Part shown: one piece after another, positions 1 through 10,343 of the stretch | How positions within the stretch are numbered: position 1 is the first letter of the stretch | How the letters are laid out: every line of letters starts with the position of its first letter | Source: Halomicronema hongdechloris C2206 | GTDB lineage: Bacteria; Cyanobacteriota; Cyanobacteriia; Phormidesmidales; Phormidesmidaceae | Assembly: GCF_002075285.3 (NCBI RefSeq) | Contig: NZ_CP021983.2 | Coordinates: forward strand, 750,001-782,000 | Length of the DNA: 32,000 nucleotides | Reading direction: 5' to 3' | Program-made: the position numbers and the translations under genes | Notes under the pieces: model-generated | The model's input: only the letters and a program-made list of their open reading frames with translations | Database searches by the model: none | What the model was told of the DNA's origin: nothing

Positions 1-64
1 TGCCATCGGATGCCGACTGGAGCCGCGACAATATTGAGTTGGCCTTGCCGCCGCAGTTACTCCA

Positions 65-2021
<1,957 letters not shown>

Positions 2022-2257
2022 ATCAAAACGGATGATCTATCCCCAGCGCTATCAACTTGAGACCGACCCCAAACTCACTGAGTTTACTGTCCTAGATAGC
2101 AAAGCCTGAGAGTTCCCCGATAACGCCCCTTAGCCATGGCGACATCAAGCCACGCCGGGCTCAGGGCAATCATCGGAACGGTTTGAATTTGCTCAAAACC
2201 ACGAGCAAACCATTGGTCAACGGCTTTATACCTTGGGTGGTTATGTCAGCTAGTTTC

Positions 2258-2297
2258 GAACATTCCGTGGCCCTTGGGCAGAGGAATGTTCTTTTTT
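2258..2297 (+). terminator. Rho-independent terminator candidate
   Basis: 9-bp perfect stem GAACATTCC (2258-2266) / GGAATGTTC (2283-2291) with a 16-nt loop, followed by TTTTTT (2292-2297). It lies 237 nt after the tocopherol cyclase stop. Confidence 0.55.
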
Positions 2298-2348
2298 AGA
2301 GCCTGCCTGCAGCTAGAGAAGAACTTCGCACTGTCAAGTTAGGCTTCC

Positions 2349-3395
2349 CTATGGCATGTACACTGATAGGTCAAACATTTGCTCTAGTATGTCCATCAGG
2401 TCTTCTGGGGAGTCGGATTGTGGCCCAGCTAGAAACTCTTTCAGAGTGATTTTGCGATCGCAAAAGTCGCGGACAAATTCACGAATCTTTTCTAAATAGG
2501 CCAATTCTGCCTCCGTCTCTCCCAAAAGCTCGTCAATGAAGTCGATGCCTTCCTTAGCGGCTTTACGGTAAGTTGTGACCATCATGCCCTCCTGGGTATT
2601 ATTCCGCAGTTCTCGCAATTCTGCCTTGATGCCGTCATACTGCTGCCGTAACCCGTTGTTTTCTTGGACCAGCCGCTCACACTGCTGCTCCAGGTTATCT
2701 TTGGCAGTAACCGTGTCTGGAGCTAAGTCTCCTTGCTGTTGCTGTCGTTCGAGTTCCAGCAGCAGCGCAAAATCCCCAGACTTGTAGGCCCGGTTGATTT
2801 CCTTCATCACTTCGGTATTTTGCCGTTGGGCATCCTCACTGTCAGCCCGATCCGGGTGGTAAATGGCAGCTAGACGCAGGAAGGTTTGGCGAAAGGTGCG
2901 GTGGTCAGAGGATGGGGCCGACGCTGTCCCTGGAGCTGGAGGCGGACTATCAGCGGTTGCTGGGTCCGGCTCCGATGGCATCTCCGGGGCTGAGAAATCA
3001 TCAGGGAAGTCGGTATAGCCTGCAGCAAACTCTGAAAACCCGTCATCGTCCGTTAACGATCGACAGCTGATGATGCCCTGCAGTTGTAGAGACTCATAGA
3101 CATCCCGTACCTTTTGATGCGATCGCTTACCCAGCTTGCGTCGGGTCAGGATCTGCTCAAATAGAGCATGAATCTCTACGTCAGTATCCCGCAACTGGCT
3201 GAACAGACTGGCTCCTTGCTGAAACAACGCGGTGACCAACTCCCGCATCTGCTGCATGAAATTGTCCAGCTCAGTCCGCTTGCGGCGGATTTGTTTGAGC
3301 AACCACTGTCGCTCTTCTTGCAGCCTTGCCAGCTGCTGGTGTAACTCGGTGGGAGCTAAGGTATCTGTCGATTGGGAAGTCTTTTGTCGAGCCAT
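2349..3395 (-). CDS. J-domain (DnaJ-like) coiled-coil protein
   Basis: The internal segment FLRLAAIYHPDRADSE...EVMKEINRAYKSGDF carries the HPD motif. The flanks are Q/E/R/L-rich and coiled-coil-like, and there is an acidic/proline linker. Confidence 0.65.
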   Translation of the reverse strand: MARQKTSQSTDTLAPTELHQQLARLQEERQWLLKQIRRKRTELDNFMQQMRELVTALFQQGASLFSQLRDTDVEIHALFEQILTRRKLGKRSHQKVRDVYESLQLQGIISCRSLTDDDGFSEFAAGYTDFPDDFSAPEMPSEPDPATADSPPPAPGTASAPSSDHRTFRQTFLRLAAIYHPDRADSEDAQRQNTEVMKEINRAYKSGDFALLLELERQQQQGDLAPDTVTAKDNLEQQCERLVQENNGLRQQYDGIKAELRELRNNTQEGMMVTTYRKAAKEGIDFIDELLGETEAELAYLEKIREFVRDFCDRKITLKEFLAGPQSDSPEDLMDILEQMFDLSVYMP

Positions 3396-3466
3396 GGTTC
3401 CCGCTGGTGAAATGCAACTGCCCCACTGGAGAGCAAAGTTTTAAGGATACTGCGTACCCTAACGTA

Positions 3467-3487
3467 TTGCAGTTATCTCAACTGCAA
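3467..3487. promoter_or_regulatory. perfect 8-bp inverted repeat, possible operator or 5' UTR hairpin of the J-domain gene
   Basis: TTGCAGTT (3467-3474), loop atctc, AACTGCAA (3480-3487), 72-92 nt upstream of the minus-strand ATG at 3395. GCAACTGC recurs at about 3413. Confidence 0.3.
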
Positions 3488-3813
3488 CTCTCTTAATAAT
3501 ATGAAATCCGGTTAATCAGCCAGGAAAACGTTTATCCGTCATTGCCGCATCTGGCGCTGCGCTTGCCCGGCATGAGGGTGTAATGTTGGTCATCGTCGAA
3601 CTACCGCCTGAACCCTGCGGGAGGGGGTGTCGGTCAGAAACAATCGACCTCGATCAGACCGCACTTAGTTTTGCAAGCCAGAGAGCTCGCCCGAGGGGAT
3701 CTCGTTCCCCTCGGACTCCTACGACCAGGGCGTTCCGCCGCCCTGGACCCCGCGGAAAGGTATGTCGATTGGTCGTTCAAGATCGCGTTGCATCGGCAGG
3801 GGAGCAAGGGACC

Positions 3814-3850
3814 CTTCTGCCTTCTTCTGCCTCTGCCTTCTGCCTTTTCC
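3814..3850. repeat. imperfect CTTCTGC-type short tandem repeat
   Basis: cttctgc cttcttctgc ctctgc cttctgc cttttcc read directly from the sequence. Confidence 0.7.
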
Positions 3851-4041
3851 ATGCTCCCGTGAGTCTCTTCCCCGCCGCACATAGCTTGCCCAGTTTCATC
3901 GACACGACCTACTCTTCACTATTCACCCTATGCCCTCCGGGCAGGCAAAGCCTTTCATGTCACTTGGCGAAACGACTGCGTTGCTCCTACGGAGCCGCTG
4001 ACGCACTTGGCGGAGCCTGGCTGGAAGCCTTACAGGGCAAG

Positions 4042-4097
4042 CTCTTCACTCTTCACTCTTCACCCTTCACTCTTCACCCTTCACCCTTCACTCTTTA
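4042..4097. repeat. heptamer tandem array, 8 x CYCTTCA (STRR-like)
   Basis: ctcttca x3, cccttca, ctcttca, cccttca x2, ctcttta in register from 4042. Degenerate extra copies sit at 3912-3925. Confidence 0.9.
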
Positions 4098-4146
4098 CGC
4101 CACCCCAACACCCCATCACCCATCTACTCCCCCTCTCCCTCCATAC

Positions 4147-5370
4147 TCAGGCCACTAACCGCACGAATTTCTTTTTACCCACCTGCAAGACCTTACCCAA
4201 CAAAGCGTCAGGGGACTCAAACTGGCAGTTGGCATCGTCGACCTTCTCGCCTTCCAGTTTCACTGCTCCCCCCTGGATTTGGCGGCGAGCCTCGCTGCTG
4301 CTGGCACAGAGGCCACTAGCCCCCAACACATAGAACAGCTTGGCCGGAAACTCCACCTGGGCCAGGGAAAATTCGGGGACGCCGCTGGCTGGGGCACCAT
4401 TGCCCTTGACCAGGCTCATGGCAGCCTCCTGGGCCTGCTTGGCCGCCGTTTCTCCATGAAACTGGCGGGTGATTTCTAGGGCCAGCCACTGTTGTCGCTG
4501 ACGCGGATTCTCGGGCAGGCTGTCTGCGGCCAGCTTGGTCAAGAGTTGAACATAGCCAGCGATGAGATGATCCGGGACCTTCTCCAGTTTCGAGTACATG
4601 GAGAGGGGGTCTTCTTGCAATCCCACGTAATTACCCAGGGATTTGGACATCTTCTGGACCCCATCGGTCCCCAGCAGTAGGGGCATCAACATCCCAAACT
4701 GGGGCTCTAAGCCAAAGTGGCGCTGCAAGTCTCGACCCACGGCAATGTTAAATTTTTGATCAGTCCCCCCCAATTCCACGTCTGCCCGCACGGCAACGGA
4801 ATCATAGCCCTGCATCAGCGGGTAGAGGAACTCATGCAGATAGATCGGATTCCCCTGGCCATAGCGCTCGGCAAAGCCCTCCTTGGCCAGCATCTGCCCC
4901 ACAGTCATGGTGCTCAACAGCTCCAGAATATCGCTGAGGGCCAACTGGGACAGCCACTCAGAGTTGTAGCGAATCTCTAGGCGTCCAGGGGTGTCAAAAT
5001 CTAAAATGGGTCGCACCTGCTCTAGATAGGTCTGGGCATTGGTCTTCACTTCGGCCTCGGTGAGTTGGCGACGGACCTCTGACTTGCCAGTGGGGTCGCC
5101 GACGCGGGCGGTAAAGTCACCGATGATCAGCACCGCCGTGTGGCCAGCATCTTGAAAAGCCCGCAGCTTCCGTACCGGGATGCTGTGGCCTAGGTGAATC
5201 TCAGCACCGGTGGGATCAATGCCCAACTTCACCCGCAGAGGGCGATTCGCTTGCCGCAACCGTTGCCGCAAGTTCTGATAAGGATCCGCTATTTCGGGGT
5301 TGTCGGGAAATACTTCGGCAATGCCGCGATAGATCCAGGGAAACTCCTCGGCGGGTAGGTTGGATGACAT
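4147..5370 (-). CDS. tyrS: tyrosine--tRNA ligase
   Basis: HIGH-type motif (IHLGHS), the KMSKS motif, and a C-terminal S4-like domain ([21 protein letters not shown]). I place the start at ATG 5368-5370 ([10 protein letters not shown]); the track ORF extends to 5427 without support. Confidence 0.9.
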   Translation of the reverse strand: MSSNLPAEEFPWIYRGIAEVFPDNPEIADPYQNLRQRLRQANRPLRVKLGIDPTGAEIHLGHSIPVRKLRAFQDAGHTAVLIIGDFTARVGDPTGKSEVRRQLTEAEVKTNAQTYLEQVRPILDFDTPGRLEIRYNSEWLSQLALSDILELLSTMTVGQMLAKEGFAERYGQGNPIYLHEFLYPLMQGYDSVAVRADVELGGTDQKFNIAVGRDLQRHFGLEPQFGMLMPLLLGTDGVQKMSKSLGNYVGLQEDPLSMYSKLEKVPDHLIAGYVQLLTKLAADSLPENPRQRQQWLALEITRQFHGETAAKQAQEAAMSLVKGNGAPASGVPEFSLAQVEFPAKLFYVLGASGLCASSSEARRQIQGGAVKLEGEKVDDANCQFESPDALLGKVLQVGKKKFVRLVA

Positions 5371-5399
5371 GGCTCTGTGCACTCTCAATCCCAAACTCC

Positions 5400-5405
5400 T
5401 ATAAT
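5400..5405 (+). promoter_or_regulatory. perfect TATAAT -10 hexamer in the tyrS / PBP divergent spacer
   Basis: TATAAT at 5400-5405 overlaps the track's TTG start at 5405. No good -35 is seen (GTGCAC at 17 nt). Confidence 0.35.
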
Positions 5406-5455
5406 TGCAGAACTTGGAGCCAATCAATACTATTCTTTGTCAGCCTGGAGTCGCT

Positions 5456-7375
5456 GTGTCTAGTCCCACGATTCGACAATCCCGCTCTGCATCCGTCACT
5501 AAATCGTCCAATCTCTTGACGTTTTTTCAAGATGTTGGCCAGGTGACGGTAGCCACCCTCTTGGGCACGACCATGCTGGCGAGTTCGGTGATGGCTGGCG
5601 GTCTGGTAGGATTAGCCATTAGCTTTCGCAACTTGCCCGATGTGCGTATTTTGCGCAATTACCTGCCCAGCGAAACCAGCTATATCTACGACGTTGACGG
5701 CACCCTGCTCTATAGTCTCCATGATGAGGCCAATCGTGAGGTGGTGGATCTCAATGACATTTCACCGGAGCTGAAACGGGCGGTGCTGGCCATTGAAGAC
5801 AGCTACTTTTACACCCACAATGGCATCAACCCCAGCAGTGTGGGGCGAGCTTTTTTGGCCAATATGCAGGCTGGGGCGACGGTGGAAGGCGGTTCCACCA
5901 TCACCATGCAGCTGATCAAAAATCTGTTTCTGACCCCAGAGCGAACCCTCAGTCGCAAGGTGGCTGAGGCGGTCTTGGCCCTGCGATTAGAACAAATTTT
6001 CTCCAAAGACGAAATCCTGGAGATGTACCTCAACCAGGTATATTGGGGCCACAACACCTACGGGGTAGAGACGGCAGCCCAGAGCTATTTCAATAAGTCG
6101 GCGGCGGATTTATCTTTGTCAGAAGCGGCACTGATGGCCGGCTTGATTCAGGCTCCGGAGGACTACAGCCCCTTTGTCAACTATGCCTTGGCCAAGCAAC
6201 GCCAGGCAACGGTGTTGAACCGGATGCAGCAACTGGGCTGGATCAGCTCTACAGAGGAGGCCCAAGCTAAGGAAGAGCCGCTGTTGGTGGGGCAGATTAC
6301 CTCATTTCGCTCCAGTGCCACTCCTTACGTGACCGAGGCAGTGGTGCAGGAGTTGCAGGAGCAGTTTGGCCAGGAAGCCGTACTCAAGGGCGGCATGCGA
6401 ATCCAGACCACCATTGACTTAGAGTTGCAGCGTATTGCAGAGGCCACCGTGAAGCGACAACATCACCTGTTGCGTCAAAGGGGACTCTATGCTGATCAGA
6501 TGGCTCTGGTAGCGGTTGATCCCCGCACCCATTTTGTCAAAGCCATGGTGGGGGGAGTCGACTACAGTGTCAGCCAGTTTAATCGAGCGATTCAGGCCCA
6601 CCGGCAGCCGGGCTCGGCCTTCAAACCTTTCGTGTACTATACTGCCTTCGCCTCTGGCCGCTATACCCCGGATAGTTTGGTGGCCGATACGCCAGTCAGT
6701 TACCCCGATGGGTATGAGTATTACACCCCCAAAAACTACGATGGCTCCTACATGGGGAATATGCCCATCCGCCGTGCCCTAGAGCTATCTCGCAATGTGC
6801 CGGCGGTGAAGTTGGGCCAAGCGGTAGGAGTAAATCAAATTATTGCGGTCTGCCGCACCCTGGGCATTACTAGCCCGATTCAGCCGGTGGTATCGCTGCC
6901 GCTAGGAGCTGTAGATCTCACTCCCCTGGAAATGGCTGGAGCCTATGCCACCTTTGCCAGTAACGGCTGGCATTCACCCACTACCTTTATCGTGCAGGTG
7001 ACTGATAGCAGTGGCAATGTCCTGTTGGATAATCGCCCTAAGCCCCAGTTGGTCCTAGATCCCTGGGCCACAGCCGCTCTCACCGATGTGCTGCAGGGAG
7101 TGATCAATCGAGGTACGGGCACAGCAGCTCGCTTGGACAGGCCGGCGGCAGGCAAGACAGGGACTACAGACTCCCAGCGAGATATCTGGTTTGTGGGCTA
7201 TGTCCCCCAGTTGGCAACGGCAGTGTGGGTGGGCAACGATGACTACAGTCCTTTGGGAGCTAGGGCAACCGGTGGTGGCTTTGTGGCCCCGATCTGGAAA
7301 GATTTTATGCAGCGGGCTCTGCAGGATGTTCCGGTGGAATCGTTCCGTAAGCCGTCGGAGTTTGTCCGCCCCTGA
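5456..7375 (+). CDS. class A penicillin-binding protein (PBP1A family transglycosylase/transpeptidase)
   Basis: GT51 motifs EDSYFYTHNGINP, GGSTITMQL and RKVAE. Transpeptidase motifs SAFKP (SxxK), SRN (SxN) and KTGTT (KTG). Start chosen at GTG 5456, preceded by GGAG (5447-5450); the open frame begins at TTG 5405. Confidence 0.9.
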   Translation: MSSPTIRQSRSASVTKSSNLLTFFQDVGQVTVATLLGTTMLASSVMAGGLVGLAISFRNLPDVRILRNYLPSETSYIYDVDGTLLYSLHDEANREVVDLNDISPELKRAVLAIEDSYFYTHNGINPSSVGRAFLANMQAGATVEGGSTITMQLIKNLFLTPERTLSRKVAEAVLALRLEQIFSKDEILEMYLNQVYWGHNTYGVETAAQSYFNKSAADLSLSEAALMAGLIQAPEDYSPFVNYALAKQRQATVLNRMQQLGWISSTEEAQAKEEPLLVGQITSFRSSATPYVTEAVVQELQEQFGQEAVLKGGMRIQTTIDLELQRIAEATVKRQHHLLRQRGLYADQMALVAVDPRTHFVKAMVGGVDYSVSQFNRAIQAHRQPGSAFKPFVYYTAFASGRYTPDSLVADTPVSYPDGYEYYTPKNYDGSYMGNMPIRRALELSRNVPAVKLGQAVGVNQIIAVCRTLGITSPIQPVVSLPLGAVDLTPLEMAGAYATFASNGWHSPTTFIVQVTDSSGNVLLDNRPKPQLVLDPWATAALTDVLQGVINRGTGTAARLDRPAAGKTGTTDSQRDIWFVGYVPQLATAVWVGNDDYSPLGARATGGGFVAPIWKDFMQRALQDVPVESFRKPSEFVRP

Positions 7376-7573
7376 TATATGGACTAAGGAGCTAGGGAAG
7401 ACGTTACTCGTATCCGCGTCAGCAGGCTATTACCCGAGGAAAACAATCGAGCTGAGAGGATGCGTGAGAATGCTGAACAGGCAGCTGCAACGTCGCAGCT
7501 ATAGAGTATGCTCCCTTGCCCTATAAGTGCCATAGGTGTCGCTTGCTCAAGAGTAATGGTAGGTCACAGGGAG

Positions 7574-7891
7574 TTATTCCCGAATCTCGGCTTTCATTCG
7601 CTCCAGGGTCTGGTGCATCTGTTCAAACATCTGCTGGGGAGTCATGCCGAATTGACCGAGTTGGGTCTTTAACTGTTCAACGGTCATTTGGGCCATGAAA
7701 TCTTCGGAGAGCTCAAACCGCTTCATGAAAATGCGGTAGCGCTCCATGATATCTTCCATCTGTTGGATATAGAGCTTTTTGCCCTCGCGATCGAACTTGC
7801 CGTAGTTACTACCCAGTTGCATCAGGGACTGGTAGTCCCGAAACAGTTGCATGGCCTCCTGTTGGACAATTTCTGAGTCAAAAAATCCCAT
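7574..7891 (-). CDS. conserved cyanobacterial small protein (DUF1825-like)
   Basis: The 105-aa ORF MGFFDSEIVQQEA...YGKFDREGKKLYI matches my memory of the DUF1825 family. It is compact and helical, with no competing ORF. Confidence 0.55.
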   Translation of the reverse strand: MGFFDSEIVQQEAMQLFRDYQSLMQLGSNYGKFDREGKKLYIQQMEDIMERYRIFMKRFELSEDFMAQMTVEQLKTQLGQFGMTPQQMFEQMHQTLERMKAEIRE

Positions 7892-8081
7892 TGTTAGTTA
7901 CACTCTCAGTGCCTGTAGGAACACAAGTCGTAGAGATAAAGTGATGCTCAACCTTTGCCGAAGTCACAGATGTGTTAGCAAAGCTTTCCGAAGGAATCGC
8001 ACCATAGTAATACCTCTAGATTAAAGATTGTCGGCCTTTGAGCAAAGGGGAGATAACCCTACCACCTGCCAATAGAGCACC

Positions 8082-8996
8082 CTAACGACGACGAGCAAAG
8101 AGGCCAAAAAAGCCACCACCCCTTTTCTTGGGCTGGGAGGAAGACTGGCCCGGCAGATCTCTGAGATCCAACTTCAGCTGCTGAGCATATTTGAGGGCGA
8201 GAGAATGGCGCGGATCTAACCGTAGTGCTTGGCGGAAATGGACCTTAGCCATACCGGGTAAATTATTCATCAGATAGGCTCGCCCCAGCAGCACATGGTA
8301 ATCGCTGTTATTCGATTCAATCCGCACAGCATCTCGCAACTCTTGGATGGCCGCCACATAATTCTGACTCTTGAGATAGGCTCGAGCCCGTTGCACATGG
8401 CGGTCGGCATAGTTAACCGTGGATTGCTCCGCCGTTGCCTCGGCGTTGGTCAACGAGACAGAATTAACCTCGGTCGCCGACACCAACCCCGTCCGTTTCT
8501 CCCGGATCACCGGTTCCCCCATCTTGCGACGCAAGTAGATGAGGTTCAGCTCGGCGATTTGGCGAGTAGTAGTTTCGAAGACTGCCTGAGACGAATATTG
8601 ATTAGCCGCCAACTGGTCGAGGGCTTGTTCGTAGAACGTATCCACCTCGGCCTCAGCAATTGTCAATAACGCCTTAGCTTTAGGATGCTTTGCCTGCAAC
8701 CGCTCGTCCCGACTCAGCCGCCGTACCCGGAATCGCAGAGTTGCCAGCGCCTCCGCCCGTCCCCTTTCTTGCTTTAGGCGCTGATAGGCGGGATTGACCA
8801 GTCGTGTCAGCAGTAGATGAATAAACTCATTCTCAGCCCTTCCCTGCAAGGCCTGGACATCAGGGTGTAACTGTTTGGCCACCTGACGGTAACGCTTGAG
8901 AATGCGACGATCATCCGCCGCCACAGACACTCCCAATACCGCATAGGGATCGGAAAATTGTTTCAACCAGTCCTGAGAGGGAAAGGATCCAGTCAT
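8082..8996 (-). CDS. J-domain plus TPR repeat protein
   Basis: N-terminal DPYAVLGVSVAADDRRILKRYRQVAKQLHPD is a J domain with HPD. The C-terminus has TPR-like repeats (AYLKSQNYVAAIQELRDAVRIESNN, YHVLLGRAYLMNNLPGMAKVHFRQALRLDP). Confidence 0.75.
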   Translation of the reverse strand: MTGSFPSQDWLKQFSDPYAVLGVSVAADDRRILKRYRQVAKQLHPDVQALQGRAENEFIHLLLTRLVNPAYQRLKQERGRAEALATLRFRVRRLSRDERLQAKHPKAKALLTIAEAEVDTFYEQALDQLAANQYSSQAVFETTTRQIAELNLIYLRRKMGEPVIREKRTGLVSATEVNSVSLTNAEATAEQSTVNYADRHVQRARAYLKSQNYVAAIQELRDAVRIESNNSDYHVLLGRAYLMNNLPGMAKVHFRQALRLDPRHSLALKYAQQLKLDLRDLPGQSSSQPKKRGGGFFGLFARRR

Positions 8997-9309
8997 GCAA
9001 ATCGTCGCTTGGCACCATAATCAGCTGACCGACAGGCATACCATAGCCTGGGCGATGAACTCTAGAGATAGAAATGGGCCAGACCAAGCTGGCTTTTGGA
9101 TAATGCACTCTTGTCTAGCATAATGAACTCCGCCCGTTTCCGTAGATGTCCCTAAAGATTTCGCCTGCCTGACTGTTTTTGACAAAGCCGGTAAAATTTG
9201 GATTGACATTTCTTCGACAGCATGGATGAAGTCGTCAATCCTTGCTAATCTCTGGCCCAAGCTCTGGTTGAGTCCCTAGGATGAGAGTGCCTATCCCAAG
9301 CTCCCTAGA

Positions 9310-9756
9310 ATGCAGGTACCTGTGGTCAGTAGGGTCTGTTGTGCAATGACATCAAACATATCTCGAGATCGCCGGATAGCCGTCACCCTTGCCTTGGTAG
9401 GCGCCTTGACGCCAACCCCCTTTCCTTTGGCTGGCTTACATAAGTTTTACCTAGGACAGCCAGGATGGGGGACCCTCTATCTTATCCTAGGGTGGACCCA
9501 AATTTCCCGGATTGCCTGCGCCATTGAAGCTGTTTGGTATCTGACTCAGCCAGAGTCCGCTTTTCAGGCCCGAGTAGCCGCTAAGGTAAACCCAGCCGCA
9601 TTAGGAGCAGGGCAGACCGACGTTGCCGCTCCCGCCCTCACCTTACAGTTGGCGACGGCCCTGCGGGAGCTAGAGCACCTGCGGCAAGAAGGATTGATTT
9701 CAGAGTATGAGTTTGAATCTCAGCGCCGCACCTTGCTGGACCATACCTATAGATAA
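9310..9756 (+). CDS. TM2-domain membrane protein with C-terminal SHOCT-like domain
   Basis: GLHKFYLGQPGWGTLYLILGW is TM2-like. LRELEHLRQEGLISEYEFESQRRTLL is SHOCT-like. Alternative ATG at 9346. Confidence 0.65.
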   Translation: MQVPVVSRVCCAMTSNISRDRRIAVTLALVGALTPTPFPLAGLHKFYLGQPGWGTLYLILGWTQISRIACAIEAVWYLTQPESAFQARVAAKVNPAALGAGQTDVAAPALTLQLATALRELEHLRQEGLISEYEFESQRRTLLDHTYR

Positions 9757-9767
9757 CTATCCCCCTA

Positions 9768-10343
9768 TTGATGAATCTGTTGCTTGACCTCTTACGCACT
9801 ATCGGCCAGTGGCTGCAAGGCCTACTGGCAGAGGGACAGTCCCCTGCCTGGATCGGCGGTGCATCTGTTGACCAGCCTTACCAACGTTTTCGCTCCCTCG
9901 CCGAGGTGCAGCGGGCTGCCCAGCGAGGCACGCGCATTGATGTCAATCAAGCCACCCTAGACGACTGGTTACGCCTGCCGACAATCTCGATTCATCAAGC
10001 GCGGGTATTGGTGCAGTTGCGGCAGGCAGGGGTACCCTTTTACAGCCTGGAAGATGTGGCGGCAGCTCTAAATTTGCCCCTACACGCCCTATACCCAATT
10101 GCTCCGATTCTGCAGTTTTGCTACTACAATTCTGAACGGCTGGAATCAGCACCGCGACTATCGCTGAACCAGGGAACCGTGGCTCAGTTTAGCCAGATTC
10201 CTGGGTGTTCGATGTCCCTAGCTGGAGCCATCGTGCGCGAGCGCCAGCGGGGTGGTAGCTATCGCAGCCATGCCGACTTTCAGCAACGCCTGGGGATATC
10301 TCCTGGGCTGATGGCCCATTTACTGCATTATTTGCGCCCCTAA
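9768..10343 (+). CDS. ComEA-like tandem helix-hairpin-helix DNA-binding protein
   Basis: Two HhH units: IDVNQATLDDWLRLPTISIHQARVLVQLRQAGVPFYSLEDV and LSLNQGTVAQFSQIPGCSMSLAGAIVRERQRGGSYRSHADF. TTG at 9768 is immediately followed by ATG at 9771. Confidence 0.65.
   Translation: MMNLLLDLLRTIGQWLQGLLAEGQSPAWIGGASVDQPYQRFRSLAEVQRAAQRGTRIDVNQATLDDWLRLPTISIHQARVLVQLRQAGVPFYSLEDVAAALNLPLHALYPIAPILQFCYYNSERLESAPRLSLNQGTVAQFSQIPGCSMSLAGAIVRERQRGGSYRSHADFQQRLGISPGLMAHLLHYLRP

Noticed and set aside
1-37. Possible 3' end of an upstream gene (frame ending at TGA 35-37)
   Set aside because: Only 12 codons are visible. That is too short to support any call.
3691-3746. Calling the two-hairpin module, or the TTCCTCACA units at 18824 and 19080, a bona fide Yfr1 gene
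   Set aside because: The Yfr1 undecamer ACUCCUCACAC is reported as near-invariant. These sites match only 8 of 11 positions or an 8-nt core. None has a terminator hairpin with a U-tail directly after the motif. They are kept as hypotheses, not as features.
3440-4146. Possibility that the 750-bp gap hides tmRNA, RNase P RNA or SRP RNA
   Set aside because: I found no tRNA-like T arm followed by CCA on either strand. There is no GAGGAAAGTCC-type RNase P core and no SRP GGAA/AGCA domain IV motif. Not supported by eye; a cmscan would settle it.
3583-4158. 191-aa plus-strand ORF, with overlapping ORFs at 3634-3882, 3671-3862 and 4007-4333
   Set aside because: The translation is low-complexity (R/P/S-rich, then LFTLHPSPFTL encoded by the heptamer array). 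There is no recognisable domain. It runs through tandem repeats and into the tyrS 3' end. I treat the region as noncoding.
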